A DNA stretch of 44,935 nt. It comes from a virus. Each line of letters opens with the position of its first letter. Position 1 is the first letter of the stretch. The position numbers and the translations under genes were made by a program. The stretch lies in UHGV virus genome UHGV-0175244; one strand, 5' to 3'. Positions 10,442 to 20,013 of this stretch are shown here, one piece after another. The notes beneath the pieces were generated by a model. The model saw only the letters and a list, made by a program, of their open reading frames with translations, did no database searches and had not been told where the DNA came from.

Positions 10442-11808
10442 TGCACTGGCACCTTCAGAGGGATCACCGGCACAAAGCCGGGATGCGTAATGGCATTACG
10501 CCGGATAATGTCCGCGTCACGCGCCGCGTTATCAAACCAGGTCGCCGCCAGCACCAGCGCGGGTAAAACCTCATCCGGTGTGCGCTGAATGATCCGTGCA
10601 GACTGTTCAAGGCGCGTGTTGATATCCGCATTCAGATCTGCTTTCACCCGGCGCAGCGCCAGAAACAGCGCATCACTGGTTGTACGGGACAACTCCTTAT
10701 CAATTGCCGTATTCAGTGTGTCGCGAATGTCAGTCAGTTCTTCCCACGTCGGCAGGTCAACCGTGTTTTTCACCGCCGGTGCATTGTTCAGTGCCGGATG
10801 CGTGACGGAAGGCCAGCCGGTGCTCTGCGCAGGTGTTGTTGCCTGCCCCACTGCGGAATTCAGCATCACCGCGGAAGTTGTTGGCGCAGGCAATCGGGTG
10901 ACGGCATACGCCGCTTCACTGATTGCGGTCGTACGAAGGGTGCTGGCAACCACATTACGCTGCTGCGTAGCCGTGGCGGTGGTTTTACTGTCCGTTTTCC
11001 AGACGCCGCGCGGTTGCAGATCGCTGCCGAGGCTGACACCGGAAAGCGTTTTGATCATGGTGACCAGGTCGCTGGCGTTACCATAAAGGCGTTTCCCGGT
11101 ACGCCACATTTTCTGCACCTGCTCAACGAAATTTTTGCCTGACGATGGCGGCGGCAGAAGTACCGAGATATCCCCCTGCAACAGCCTGGCAGCATCCGAT
11201 ACGGCAGAATCCACCACTTTCATCGCATCAGAAACATACCCCAGCATTATGCTGGCATTACCGATAACGTCGTTCTGCACGAAATCCGCCACACCATCGA
11301 TACTGAAACCGCTGAAGCTGTCACTGATGCAGTCATCCAGTGCAGAACAGGATGACATCAGCGTCTGCGCCGTCGCCGCACCTGAAGTGGGGTAAGAGAG
11401 TTCTCCCGCTTCGACAAACTTCAGGTCAAAGCGGACAATACGCCCTTCACTCTTCGATGTGCTGACCCGAACTTCCCCGTCAACACAGACTTTCAGCTCA
11501 CCGTAAGTCGGATGGACAAGCGTGCCGGGACCGGGTTTATTCAGCGCGTCAATCAGGCGATCGCGCTGGTCAAAGCAGTCATCTCCCACCACATAAGCTG
11601 TGATGGACGGGCGGAAAGTGATTTTCCCCAGGTCTTCGGTATAGGGTTTGTCGCGGTTCGGGTATTCGTGTGTTTCCACACGACGGCCGGTTCCCGCACT
11701 TTCTTCTTCAACCTTAAACGGCACACCGCGAAATGACGCGTCCTGAAGTCTGTCTTTCCACGTCATATAAACTCCGTACATAAAAAATCCCACCGGAGTG
11801 GGACTCAT
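10438..11808 (-). CDS. DNA circularisation protein N-like (Mu gp43-like) tail protein
   Basis: 456-aa ORF; true start probably an internal ATG (11781 or 11766). Confidence 0.7.
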   Translation of the reverse strand: MSPTPVGFFMYGVYMTWKDRLQDASFRGVPFKVEEESAGTGRRVETHEYPNRDKPYTEDLGKITFRPSITAYVVGDDCFDQRDRLIDALNKPGPGTLVHPTYGELKVCVDGEVRVSTSKSEGRIVRFDLKFVEAGELSYPTSGAATAQTLMSSCSALDDCISDSFSGFSIDGVADFVQNDVIGNASIMLGYVSDAMKVVDSAVSDAARLLQGDISVLLPPPSSGKNFVEQVQKMWRTGKRLYGNASDLVTMIKTLSGVSLGSDLQPRGVWKTDSKTTATATQQRNVVASTLRTTAISEAAYAVTRLPAPTTSAVMLNSAVGQATTPAQSTGWPSVTHPALNNAPAVKNTVDLPTWEELTDIRDTLNTAIDKELSRTTSDALFLALRRVKADLNADINTRLEQSARIIQRTPDEVLPALVLAATWFDNAARDADIIRRNAITHPGFVPVIPLKVPVQ

Positions 11809-11826
11809 TAACAGATTAATTTTTCA

Positions 11827-13662
11827 TTACCTGCCAAAGCGCGTATAGCCAACATCATGGCTGACATCAAAACCGCTGGATCGCGTTTCCATAACCCGCA
11901 TCCCCGGAGGCAAATTCACAAAAGAGACCTTGATCTCACCATCAACTTTTGGCGCAGAAGCTTTGTTAATCATGAAGGGATTCGAGCCTGTGGCATCGGA
12001 GGCGTTGTTTGACTGAGCCGGATCCACCGCCGGATAAGGTGTGTATCCCCGCGCCGGTATTCCCGTCCCATAAGCATCATAAGCACCCGCGCCCCACTGC
12101 GCAGAGTTAATGGCATCGACCGTGTCACCGGAACTGTCGGTAAACCACTCAATAATTGGCTTCAGCTTGTCCCACATATCCTGAAACCACTTAACAACCG
12201 GCCCCCAGTTATTGATCACCATCCCCAGCGGCGACCAGGCAAAAACTTTCTTAAGGAGTTCCCAGCCGGCCTCAAAATAAGGACCAATGGTTTCCCAGAG
12301 TTTCTTAAAATAAGGTCCGACAACATCCCAGTTAGTGATAATTAATCCCGCAGCCAGGGCTATCGCCGTCGCAATCATGCCAATCGGCGTCATCGACATG
12401 ATCCTGCTGACAATACTGATGGCACCGCCAACGCCCATCAATCCCAGTTTCAGAATCGCAAGACCGGCAGCAAGCCCGACGACGCCGCGAATAACCCGGG
12501 GATTTTCATCCGCAAACTTCGTGAATTTTTCCCCCAACTCCCCCAGCCATTGCGTGATATTTTTAGCGTCACCAGAAAATGCGCCGCCAATAGCTGCAAG
12601 ACCGTTAGTTGCGGTCCCCGTCATTGCCTCCCACAGGTTGGACAGCGTACCAAGCTGAGCCTGAACACGTTTATTCAGGCTGGCCTGTTTATTCATCTTC
12701 TGCTGGGTCTGATCGTAGCCATCCTTTCCTTTATCGATTAGTGCATTGACCACCTGAAGGGTTTCGGCATCATCACCAAATATTGCCTTAAGTACACCAG
12801 TTCGTTTAACGTCGGTCAGTTTTCGCAGCTTTGCCAGTTGCCTGAACATGTTATCAAGACCGCCAAAACTCCCTTTGCCGTCAGTAAAATCGAGCTGTAC
12901 CCCGAGTTTCTGGCGGGCCATGATTTTATTGACGTCCCTGATTTTCTTAACGCTTAATCCGGACTGGATAACTTTTCGCAGGGCGTTACCTGCCGACTCC
13001 CCGTTCATCCCCATCTGATCCATCATGACGCTGATGGGGGCAAGGCTCTGTGCAGCCTGAAGACCGTCCTTGTTCACCATCTTCAGAACAGAGCTGGTTT
13101 TAGTGAAGAAGGACAACATGTTGGTATCGTCAACGCCCAGATAAAACGCCTTCTGGATAGTGTCGAACAGCCCCATCATGTCTTCTGACGCCGTTCCGGT
13201 AGCATCCTGCATCTTTGCAGCAAACTCAGCAGCCGCTTCCGGTGTTTTTTTCAGTTGTACCGCAAGATAAGCTGTCGCTTTACCCACACCGCCAAGAATG
13301 TTTTCTGCCGGGATCCCCTGACGCACCAGCATCTGCATCATGTTCTGGAAATCAGCCGTTGTACCGGGTAGCTGGTTACCCAGACCAATAGCCAGTTTAT
13401 TGATGTCCTGAAAGCTCTTTCCGACCTCACCGTTCGCATCCATCATGGCAACTTTCAGCCCGGTGGCGGCGTTTTCCTGATCGGCATAAGATTTCAGGGA
13501 AAGCGTCAGACCCGCAGCCAGTCCGCCACCAAGCGCCAGCCCACCCTGTGACGCTTCTTCCGCCTGGCGTTTAAATCCCCGGATTTTCTTTTGCATTTTC
13601 GACAGCGCGGGAGAAAGCCTGTCGACACCGGTGATCAACGCCTTAAGCTCAAATTCAGCCAT
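11827..13662 (-). CDS. tail tape measure protein
   Basis: 611 aa, Ala/Gly-rich with coiled-coil and hydrophobic segments; downstream of frameshifted chaperone. Confidence 0.85.
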   Translation of the reverse strand: MAEFELKALITGVDRLSPALSKMQKKIRGFKRQAEEASQGGLALGGGLAAGLTLSLKSYADQENAATGLKVAMMDANGEVGKSFQDINKLAIGLGNQLPGTTADFQNMMQMLVRQGIPAENILGGVGKATAYLAVQLKKTPEAAAEFAAKMQDATGTASEDMMGLFDTIQKAFYLGVDDTNMLSFFTKTSSVLKMVNKDGLQAAQSLAPISVMMDQMGMNGESAGNALRKVIQSGLSVKKIRDVNKIMARQKLGVQLDFTDGKGSFGGLDNMFRQLAKLRKLTDVKRTGVLKAIFGDDAETLQVVNALIDKGKDGYDQTQQKMNKQASLNKRVQAQLGTLSNLWEAMTGTATNGLAAIGGAFSGDAKNITQWLGELGEKFTKFADENPRVIRGVVGLAAGLAILKLGLMGVGGAISIVSRIMSMTPIGMIATAIALAAGLIITNWDVVGPYFKKLWETIGPYFEAGWELLKKVFAWSPLGMVINNWGPVVKWFQDMWDKLKPIIEWFTDSSGDTVDAINSAQWGAGAYDAYGTGIPARGYTPYPAVDPAQSNNASDATGSNPFMINKASAPKVDGEIKVSFVNLPPGMRVMETRSSGFDVSHDVGYTRFGR

Positions 13663-13837
13663 GTGTGCGTTTCTCCTGCTCTATCCTGTTTGCCTGACTG
13701 ACCAGCAAGGGAATTTCACTGATCGGCATATTCAGCAATTCGAAGGGATTAATGCGCCAGTAGCTGGCGCAGTCAAAGAAGCGATCAGTGAGGTATTCAG
13801 CCGTCAGGCCTGGAGGAAAAAACCGGCCACAAGCCAC
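13655..13837 (-). CDS. tail assembly chaperone -1 frameshift extension
   Basis: -1 frame ORF overlapping the chaperone end; slippery heptamer T TTT TTC (plus-strand gaaaaaa at about 13816-13822) lets the ribosome shift into this frame. Confidence 0.55.
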   Translation of the reverse strand: MACGRFFPPGLTAEYLTDRFFDCASYWRINPFELLNMPISEIPLLVSQANRIEQEKRTHG

Positions 13838-14073
13838 GCCGCTGCATTCAGGTCTGCCGGAGACATCTGGTCGACAGAGCTTTGCGGCACTTTCGCCAGC
13901 CGCACAATGTATTTCGACACCACATGCGCCAGAAGTCTGACGGACTCATCCTGATTCATCTGGTAGGGATACCCCAGCTCGCGGACATCTTTCCCGGTGG
14001 GCTCATCAAACTCCAGTACGGAGAGTGTCTCGCCATGAGCGGTAATCGGTTTCTTTAACTCAAGCTCTTTCAT
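13804..14073 (-). CDS. tail assembly chaperone (short, in-frame product)
   Basis: 89-aa ORF between tube and tape-measure genes; ends just after slippery site. Confidence 0.65.
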   Translation of the reverse strand: MKELELKKPITAHGETLSVLEFDEPTGKDVRELGYPYQMNQDESVRLLAHVVSKYIVRLAKVPQSSVDQMSPADLNAAAWLVAGFFLQA

Positions 14074-14429
14074 TACTGGTAATCCCCTTCTTCACCGTGG
14101 AATTCAAGATCGACCGTGCCTTCTTCGGCATTATGGTTCGCTTCGCCGTGCAGCCAGGCAGACGACAGTACATAGACCTGACCGTTCGCCAGCTCGGCAG
14201 TGATGGTCATCTCATCAGACGAGGTGATTTTGTTCACCGGAAAATTCTTCGGCACCTTGAAGGTCCCTTTGACATAAGGCGCACGGTGAGTTTCCTTGCG
14301 GTCCACTGAACCGTCCAGGCCGATGATGTCATCATTGACCGTCCTGTTCATGGGCACCTCAATGCCGCCGGTCAGCGATAGCTGCTGACCGTCAATTTTG
14401 AAATAACAGGTTCCCCCGATACGGGCCAT
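14073..14429 (-). CDS. tail tube protein (Mu gpM-like)
   Basis: 118 aa, immediately downstream of sheath gene. Confidence 0.8.
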   Translation of the reverse strand: MARIGGTCYFKIDGQQLSLTGGIEVPMNRTVNDDIIGLDGSVDRKETHRAPYVKGTFKVPKNFPVNKITSSDEMTITAELANGQVYVLSSAWLHGEANHNAEEGTVDLEFHGEEGDYQ

Positions 14430-15925
14430 TATGCGGACTCCTCTGAATACTGAAGACGGAACTGGTTAACCACGGCAAAGACACGCAACTGGTTAACATA
14501 GTCAGGCGGGAACAGCGTGTTCAGGCGGTTCGGATCGCTGGCATCACGCTCCACAACCAGGTACTGCTTAAACAGTTCGTAGTTTTCCACGATCCCCGCA
14601 CGCTCAAGCTGACGGTAGGTTGCCAGCAGTTCCCCTTTGATCACCGCCGGGGTGACAATCGCCTGACCGGGACCAAAGCGGGTACCGTCACTGGCAAGCT
14701 TGTGACGCCCGTACTTACTGGTAATGACGGATTTCAGTTTGCGCAGTACATAGGCACTGGTATGCAGCGTCTCGCTGTCGAGGTAGCTGTTATCCGCAAC
14801 CCCGTAAGCGTTTTTCCTGTACGTGGTGACATCACGCTGAATGCGCAGCACCCCGCTTTCGACATATGCCGTTGCCACGCCATGAGACAGCAGGGTCTGT
14901 TGTTCGGTCATCGTGAACCGTTTCCCCTTCGGCGCAGGCAGCATACCCACCAGCTCACCGGTCTGCGTGGGACGTGCCGGATCGTTGCGAATAAACACCG
15001 CTGCGCGGGCGGTACGGCTTGCCGCCAGCTCATCGGCAGGCGTCTGGGTCTCTTTTTCGTACCCCGCCAGGGTAATGTGCTGCTGGTTAAACTGGTCACC
15101 TGCGGTCACCAGCTCTGACAGCGTGCCGATCTTTGCCGTATACACATGACCATACAGCTGACGCGCATAGCTCCAGCGACCGCTGGTATCGTTCATCTCG
15201 GTCACCAGCGTGTTAACGGAGGCCGTGTCGTTGAACGGCAGGCCGATATAATCAAACGGCTCATCCGCCATTGCAGCCACCGCGCCGGTGAGAACCGGAG
15301 CACCCGTTCCGGCGGTACCCGTCGCCACGGCAATCTGTACGCCCGCTGGCAGCACTTCGCCCCCACCGAAGCCGTAGTAATTGAGGCTGACAGGAATTTC
15401 ATTCCCGCAAAGCCCCTTATGACGCGCGGTCAGCGTGACCACACCAGCCGAAGATGAAGCTGTAAACGGCAGAGTCGGAACGGCATTGATGGCATCCTGG
15501 ATACTGCTGGCAATCGTCGTGACGTTATCGCCGTTGGTCACCGGAGCCTGCACGCGGGTACGTCCCACATAGACATTCACCGTGCCGCTTTCGGTTGCTT
15601 CCCCGGTCACCGTCAGCGTAACCGTTGCCGCCGCGCCTGTGGCTTCCGGAACGGCAATCACATACAGCTCACCAAACGGGTCGGTCTGGCGATAAGCCTC
15701 GACCATACGCGCCAGCTGACTTCCCGCACCACAAATCTGGCGTGCATAGTCTGCCGACGGCATTAGCACCAGACTGTTGGCAACAATCTCTGCACCGTTA
15801 TTGGCATGACCAATCAGCAGCGATGCCCCGCTGCTCTGTGCAGTATTCGCAGCCTGGTTATCCATTTCCGCATAAAACAGCGGAACCAGCGTATTCGACG
15901 GAATGGTGTTAAAGCTTGTCGTCAT
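14429..15925 (-). CDS. contractile tail sheath protein (Mu gpL-like)
   Basis: 498 aa; N-terminus MTTSFNTIPSNTLVPLFYAEMDN... characteristic of sheath proteins. Confidence 0.9.
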   Translation of the reverse strand: MTTSFNTIPSNTLVPLFYAEMDNQAANTAQSSGASLLIGHANNGAEIVANSLVLMPSADYARQICGAGSQLARMVEAYRQTDPFGELYVIAVPEATGAAATVTLTVTGEATESGTVNVYVGRTRVQAPVTNGDNVTTIASSIQDAINAVPTLPFTASSSAGVVTLTARHKGLCGNEIPVSLNYYGFGGGEVLPAGVQIAVATGTAGTGAPVLTGAVAAMADEPFDYIGLPFNDTASVNTLVTEMNDTSGRWSYARQLYGHVYTAKIGTLSELVTAGDQFNQQHITLAGYEKETQTPADELAASRTARAAVFIRNDPARPTQTGELVGMLPAPKGKRFTMTEQQTLLSHGVATAYVESGVLRIQRDVTTYRKNAYGVADNSYLDSETLHTSAYVLRKLKSVITSKYGRHKLASDGTRFGPGQAIVTPAVIKGELLATYRQLERAGIVENYELFKQYLVVERDASDPNRLNTLFPPDYVNQLRVFAVVNQFRLQYSEESA

Positions 15926-16079
15926 CGGTGTTCACCTTTTTATTCACGCGCCGGATATCACCCGCTGCTTCACGGCGCAGCCAGTAGTTGTTCTCGTCAA
16001 CATTTCGCCCTTCGGCGGGCAAAAGGTCGCCGCGGGCAGGGTCAGGCACTGACCGCCCTTTAACAGGTTTGACAAACAT
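15909..16079 (-). CDS. small phage protein (DUF2635 / Mu gp38-like?)
   Basis: 56-aa ORF absent from ORF track (below cutoff); GAGGA RBS 7 nt upstream; MFVKPVKGRSVPDP...; overlaps sheath start by 17 nt. Confidence 0.4.
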   Translation of the reverse strand: MFVKPVKGRSVPDPARGDLLPAEGRNVDENNYWLRREAAGDIRRVNKKVNTDDDKL

Positions 16080-16087
16080 GAGGATCC

Positions 16088-16648
16088 TCAGGAAGGAAGG
16101 GTTATTTCGGTGTGATGTTCGATATCGCCGTCAGGCCCGTTACCGGGATCGAGATAATCGACATCAATCGCCAGCGTTTGCAGTTCATCCAGACTGTTCA
16201 GATCATCCTGCTGGCGGGTATCGTCTTCAGTCAGCTCGCTGATGACCGAAAAATCGAACTGATAAATCAGCTCATGACGATTCAGATCCAGCAGCGTGCC
16301 GCCGTCATAGGTAATCGGGTTACCGCACGCTTCCGGGTTCCAGCCCAGCAGGGCCTTAAAGAGCATCTGCCGGACATCGTCCACCACATCATACGAGGCA
16401 AACTGACCGCGCTCATCACGCCCGTTACTCAGTATGACAACCACGGAGAAGCCCTCTTTCAGCTCCTGCCAGTAGTCGGTCTGGCTTTTGTTTTCTCCCG
16501 GAGAGTCATCACCCGGTACCACATACGCCGCCGGGAGTCTCAGCTTTCCGACCTCCGGCAGATTTTTGAACTGTGCCGCGCCTGCCACCCGGTTTTCAAA
16601 ATACGGGCAGCGGGCACGCAGCGCAGCAATAACAGGCGTCAGTTTCAT
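16088..16648 (-). CDS. phage structural protein (Mu gp37-like?)
   Basis: 186 aa; synteny upstream of sheath. Confidence 0.45.
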   Translation of the reverse strand: MKLTPVIAALRARCPYFENRVAGAAQFKNLPEVGKLRLPAAYVVPGDDSPGENKSQTDYWQELKEGFSVVVILSNGRDERGQFASYDVVDDVRQMLFKALLGWNPEACGNPITYDGGTLLDLNRHELIYQFDFSVISELTEDDTRQQDDLNSLDELQTLAIDVDYLDPGNGPDGDIEHHTEITLPS

Positions 16649-17151
16649 CTGTGTCGTCGCTCCGGCTTCAGTGATTTACGCAATTCCCGCGCCAGAAAAT
16701 AGCGTGTCCAGCTGCGGTTCTTTTCAAGAGTTTCCACCATGAAGTTATTACGTGGAGCCAGTCGCCAGCCGCTGCCACCGGATGCACCACGATGATGACT
16801 ACGACGACGTTTTGCTCCTCCCCGGACACCAAAAAACAGAAACGCCGGATAGAAGTCACCAGAGATCATCCGGTTCCCCTTCCCGTTGCGCTGGTTAGGG
16901 GCAATGCGTGTCATAAAACCGGCTCGCTTTTTACTGGCTCTCGGCACCATATAACCAATCGAACGAGCCAGGCGTCCGGTCTGATAACCGGGGTTTTCAC
17001 CCGGTGCCGATCGCGCACGGCGCATCACCAGCCGACGGGCATCACGCATATGACGCTGCCCAATCGTGACAAACGCCCGCCGGACACGGGCGCGGTTAAA
17101 GCGCATCTCGGCGGGCTGCTGAACATCAACGTGAAAAAAGGGAGTCGCCAT
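16645..17151 (-). CDS. virion morphogenesis / tail completion protein
   Basis: 168 aa, basic; position between head-tail joining genes and tail genes. Confidence 0.5.
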   Translation of the reverse strand: MATPFFHVDVQQPAEMRFNRARVRRAFVTIGQRHMRDARRLVMRRARSAPGENPGYQTGRLARSIGYMVPRASKKRAGFMTRIAPNQRNGKGNRMISGDFYPAFLFFGVRGGAKRRRSHHRGASGGSGWRLAPRNNFMVETLEKNRSWTRYFLARELRKSLKPERRHR

Positions 17152-17536
17152 TGCTGCCTCCGTGACTCTGCCTACATTCGCCCAGCTCCGTACACTCCAG
17201 CAGCAGAAAGCGCCGCGCCCCGTTCAGATCACGCTGACGTTTCACCCGGTACACACTGTCACCGCAGACCACCTCATAATCAGCGGTGATCCCCCGGCGG
17301 TAACGAATGGTGATGTAATGGGTGATGGCGTCCCCGGTCTGCGCGGTTTCCTGCCAGGTGGTGGCACTGGTCTGGACAACCTTCGCCCATGCCCGGAACG
17401 CAACCGGGTATTGAGGCTCCACGCCAAAGTTATCCGCGGGCATATCCACCCGCTGGCGGATCAGGACGCGTTTATTCAGTTCGCCGGGGTCCGGCAGAAT
17501 GTAGGTTGCGCTGGTCTGCGCCTGACGAATTTTCAT
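17126..17536 (-). CDS. head-tail joining (head closure) protein
   Basis: 136 aa; synteny. Confidence 0.5.
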   Translation of the reverse strand: MKIRQAQTSATYILPDPGELNKRVLIRQRVDMPADNFGVEPQYPVAFRAWAKVVQTSATTWQETAQTGDAITHYITIRYRRGITADYEVVCGDSVYRVKRQRDLNGARRFLLLECTELGECRQSHGGSNGDSLFSR

Positions 17537-17856
17537 TGCGGAAAGTACCTGTACGGGCCGACAAGCCAGCCAAAACTCTGCGGCATGTCGAGTTTCTCCA
17601 CTTCCGTAACCGACGAGCGGTTTTCGTAAAAATGGCTGATAAGCATCAGCATCCCCAGACGAATATCATCCGGCAGGTGCAGCCCGTCCGGATCGCTGTC
17701 CGGAATGGTTTCATCCGGTGCATAGAGCTTCCGGTTCAGATACGTTTCCGTCCGCTTTTGTGCCGCACATGCCAGCAGTTGCAGATGGCGGTCATCAGTA
17801 TCGAAATCCTCATCCAGCCGGAGTTGGGCTTTAATCTCTTCCATTGTCAGAAGCAT
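17533..17856 (-). CDS. head-tail connector protein (gp6-like)
   Basis: 107 aa; synteny directly after capsid-associated genes. Confidence 0.55.
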   Translation of the reverse strand: MLLTMEEIKAQLRLDEDFDTDDRHLQLLACAAQKRTETYLNRKLYAPDETIPDSDPDGLHLPDDIRLGMLMLISHFYENRSSVTEVEKLDMPQSFGWLVGPYRYFPQ

Positions 17857-17858
17857 AC

Positions 17859-18059
17859 TCAGCCCTCTTTACTGGTCGTGGCTTTTTTCTCTTTTGCCGC
17901 TTTACTGCTTTTTGCACTGATTCCGCGCTCTGCTAACCCGGCCTGAAGTGCAATCTCCTGCACCCGGGCAGGAAGCGCCCCGTCGTCATACTCACCGGCC
18001 TGAATGACCTCAACACGCATACCGTCCGGTGACCATTTCAGATCTTGTTTCAGGATCAT
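17859..18059 (-). CDS. small hypothetical phage protein
   Basis: 66 aa, Lys/Ala-rich C-terminus; between capsid and connector genes. Confidence 0.4.
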   Translation of the reverse strand: MILKQDLKWSPDGMRVEVIQAGEYDDGALPARVQEIALQAGLAERGISAKSSKAAKEKKATTSKEG

Positions 18060-18107
18060 GATTCTTCACCCATCAGAACAGGGGCGCAGTTCAGCGCCCC
18101 TGAGTGA

Positions 18108-19312
18108 TTACGCCGCAGCAATCTTCAGCAGTTTGATGGCCTGCGAATCGACCAGCATGCCGCCGGTGCGCTTGGTGGTATAAAAACCGACAAACGGTTT
18201 ATTGGTGTACGGATCGCGCAAAATGCGGGTACCGATACGGTCAACGATGGTGTAACCCCGTTTGAAGTTACCAAATGCAATGGCTTTCGCATCCGCGGCG
18301 ATATCCGGCATCTGCTCGTTTTCAGCGATACCGTAACCCGCCAGAGAGGACGGCTGCCCCAGTTCCAGCCCCGGACGCCACAGATAGTTACCCTCGGTGT
18401 CTTTCAGCAGACGAATGGCAAACAGGCTGTTGTTGTTCATCATGAACTTCGCACCGGTGCGATGTGCCTTACGCAGCGTGTAAATCAGTTTGATAATGGC
18501 ATCAGCGGTCACTGCCGTCGCTTCACCGGATACAATATGCTGAAGTTTGCCGAACGCACGTACCTTATCGGTTTCATCCGTGGACTCATACGCCAGGAAC
18601 CCTTTCGGCTTCTTGGTGCCATCACCAGTGGTAAAGGCAATTTCTTCCTGTTCGGCAAATTCGGTTGCCAGCTCGCTGTTGATCCAGGCCTCTACGTTGA
18701 AGAAGGCATCATCCAGCATTTTCTGGGTGGCCTGCGGGTTACCGTAGATTTCCCCCATGAAAGGTTCAATCAGTCCCAGTTTTGAGGTGGCGGTCTGGGA
18801 GCGCGCGTCAGTCTCGCCAACCCATCCGGAAGCCGTGCCGCCCAGATTCACCAGTTTTTTGTAGTCGGAACCGCCAACAGTGATTACCGTGGCTTCCTGG
18901 CGCATCACCACTTCATCTTTCAGCAGGGTGAGAATGTTGCGATCCAGTGCTTCCGGCACGGCATAGCCACCGTCTTCATCGGTGCCCACCTGCAATGCCT
19001 TACGCTCCAGATCGCGCAGACCGTCTTCACGGCCTTTACGCAAAAAGCCCACAAACGCTTCTTTATGCTCGGTGGCCAGTTTATTTTGCGCGCCACCTGC
19101 CGGACGTTTCAGCTCAAGCAGCTCTTTTTCAAGATCGCTTTTGAGATTTTCCAGCTCGCTGAGTTTCCCGTTCAGGGTTTCCACCTGCCCGGCAAGCTTG
19201 CCTTTTTCCTGCTCAATCGCATCCACGCGCTTGTCGTTCTTTGCTTTAAGTCGTCAAACTTCTGCTGCAGCTCCTGCGCGACCTGTTCGACATCTTTAAT
19301 ATCTACCGCCAT
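18108..19312 (-). CDS. major capsid protein, HK97 family (apparent frameshift near N-terminus)
   Basis: main ORF 18108-19226 opens with GTG and no RBS; ATG at 19312 with AGGAG RBS opens a 46-codon ORF encoding a coiled-coil delta-domain-like N-terminus in another frame. Confidence 0.8.
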
Positions 19313-19326
19313 CGTATTTCTCCTGA

Positions 19327-20013
19327 TTAGAAGTTCAGATTTTTCAGTGCATTCAGTGCAGAGCCCACATCCTCAGCGTCGCGCAGGGACAGTGCGCCAT
19401 AGCCCCCGGCCATGAATGCTTTGGCCTGGGTACGGGAGAGTCCGACATCACGCAGGACTCTTTCGATTTTTTTCTGTTCGGGGATTTCCCCGCGGGCCAG
19501 TGCGTTCTTGACGTCGCTGATCCGCGCCTCGTCGTTAGACGGGAACGTCACCAGGCTGACTTCCCAGAGGTCGATTTCTTTCAGCAGAAAGGCTTCTTTG
19601 CTCCGGTCGTATTCCCAGTCTTTCAGGACGTACCCAATAGAAAGGCCGGTTAACGAACCGGCCTTCATGTGTGCATGTGCGCGTTTTGCGAGGGGATCAT
19701 CATCAATAAGCAACCGTCCCCTGACGTAAAGCCCGACATCGTCTTCCTTCATTTCGGTGTAAACACCGATGGGTTCATCCATGCGGTGCTGCCAGAGCAG
19801 CGCAGGTAACGCTTTTCTGTCACTCCACGCCCGCAGGGAAGCAGCAAATGCCCCGGACATCACCACATCATCGTGGCTGTCCTTTACACCAAAGACGGAG
19901 CCATACCCTTCAAACTCACCGGAGTCACTGACAGATTTCAGACTCAGCGGTACATCAAGACGTTGTTTCGTCTGCATTGGCGTTATCCTTCTGCTTACCG
20001 GCCTTACTGCCAT
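19327..20013 (-). CDS. HK97-family prohead protease
   Basis: 228 aa; EFEGYGSVFGVKDSHDDVV...GAF motif block. Confidence 0.9.
   Translation of the reverse strand: MAVRPVSRRITPMQTKQRLDVPLSLKSVSDSGEFEGYGSVFGVKDSHDDVVMSGAFAASLRAWSDRKALPALLWQHRMDEPIGVYTEMKEDDVGLYVRGRLLIDDDPLAKRAHAHMKAGSLTGLSIGYVLKDWEYDRSKEAFLLKEIDLWEVSLVTFPSNDEARISDVKNALARGEIPEQKKIERVLRDVGLSRTQAKAFMAGGYGALSLRDAEDVGSALNALKNLNF

Noticed and set aside
5853-17946. Many 60-190-aa ORFs overlapping tail and head genes on either strand (for example 5853-6197, 7122-7355, 9090-9434, 14702-15118, 16792-17289, 17389-17946)
   Set aside because: Each overlaps a longer gene with clear phage structural identity; Arg/Pro/Gly-rich translations typical of off-frame readings of GC-rich genes.
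19224-19226. GTG as the true start of the major capsid gene
   Set aside because: No RBS upstream, whereas an ATG with a strong RBS 86 nt upstream opens a capsid-like coiled-coil frame; a frameshift is the more economical explanation.
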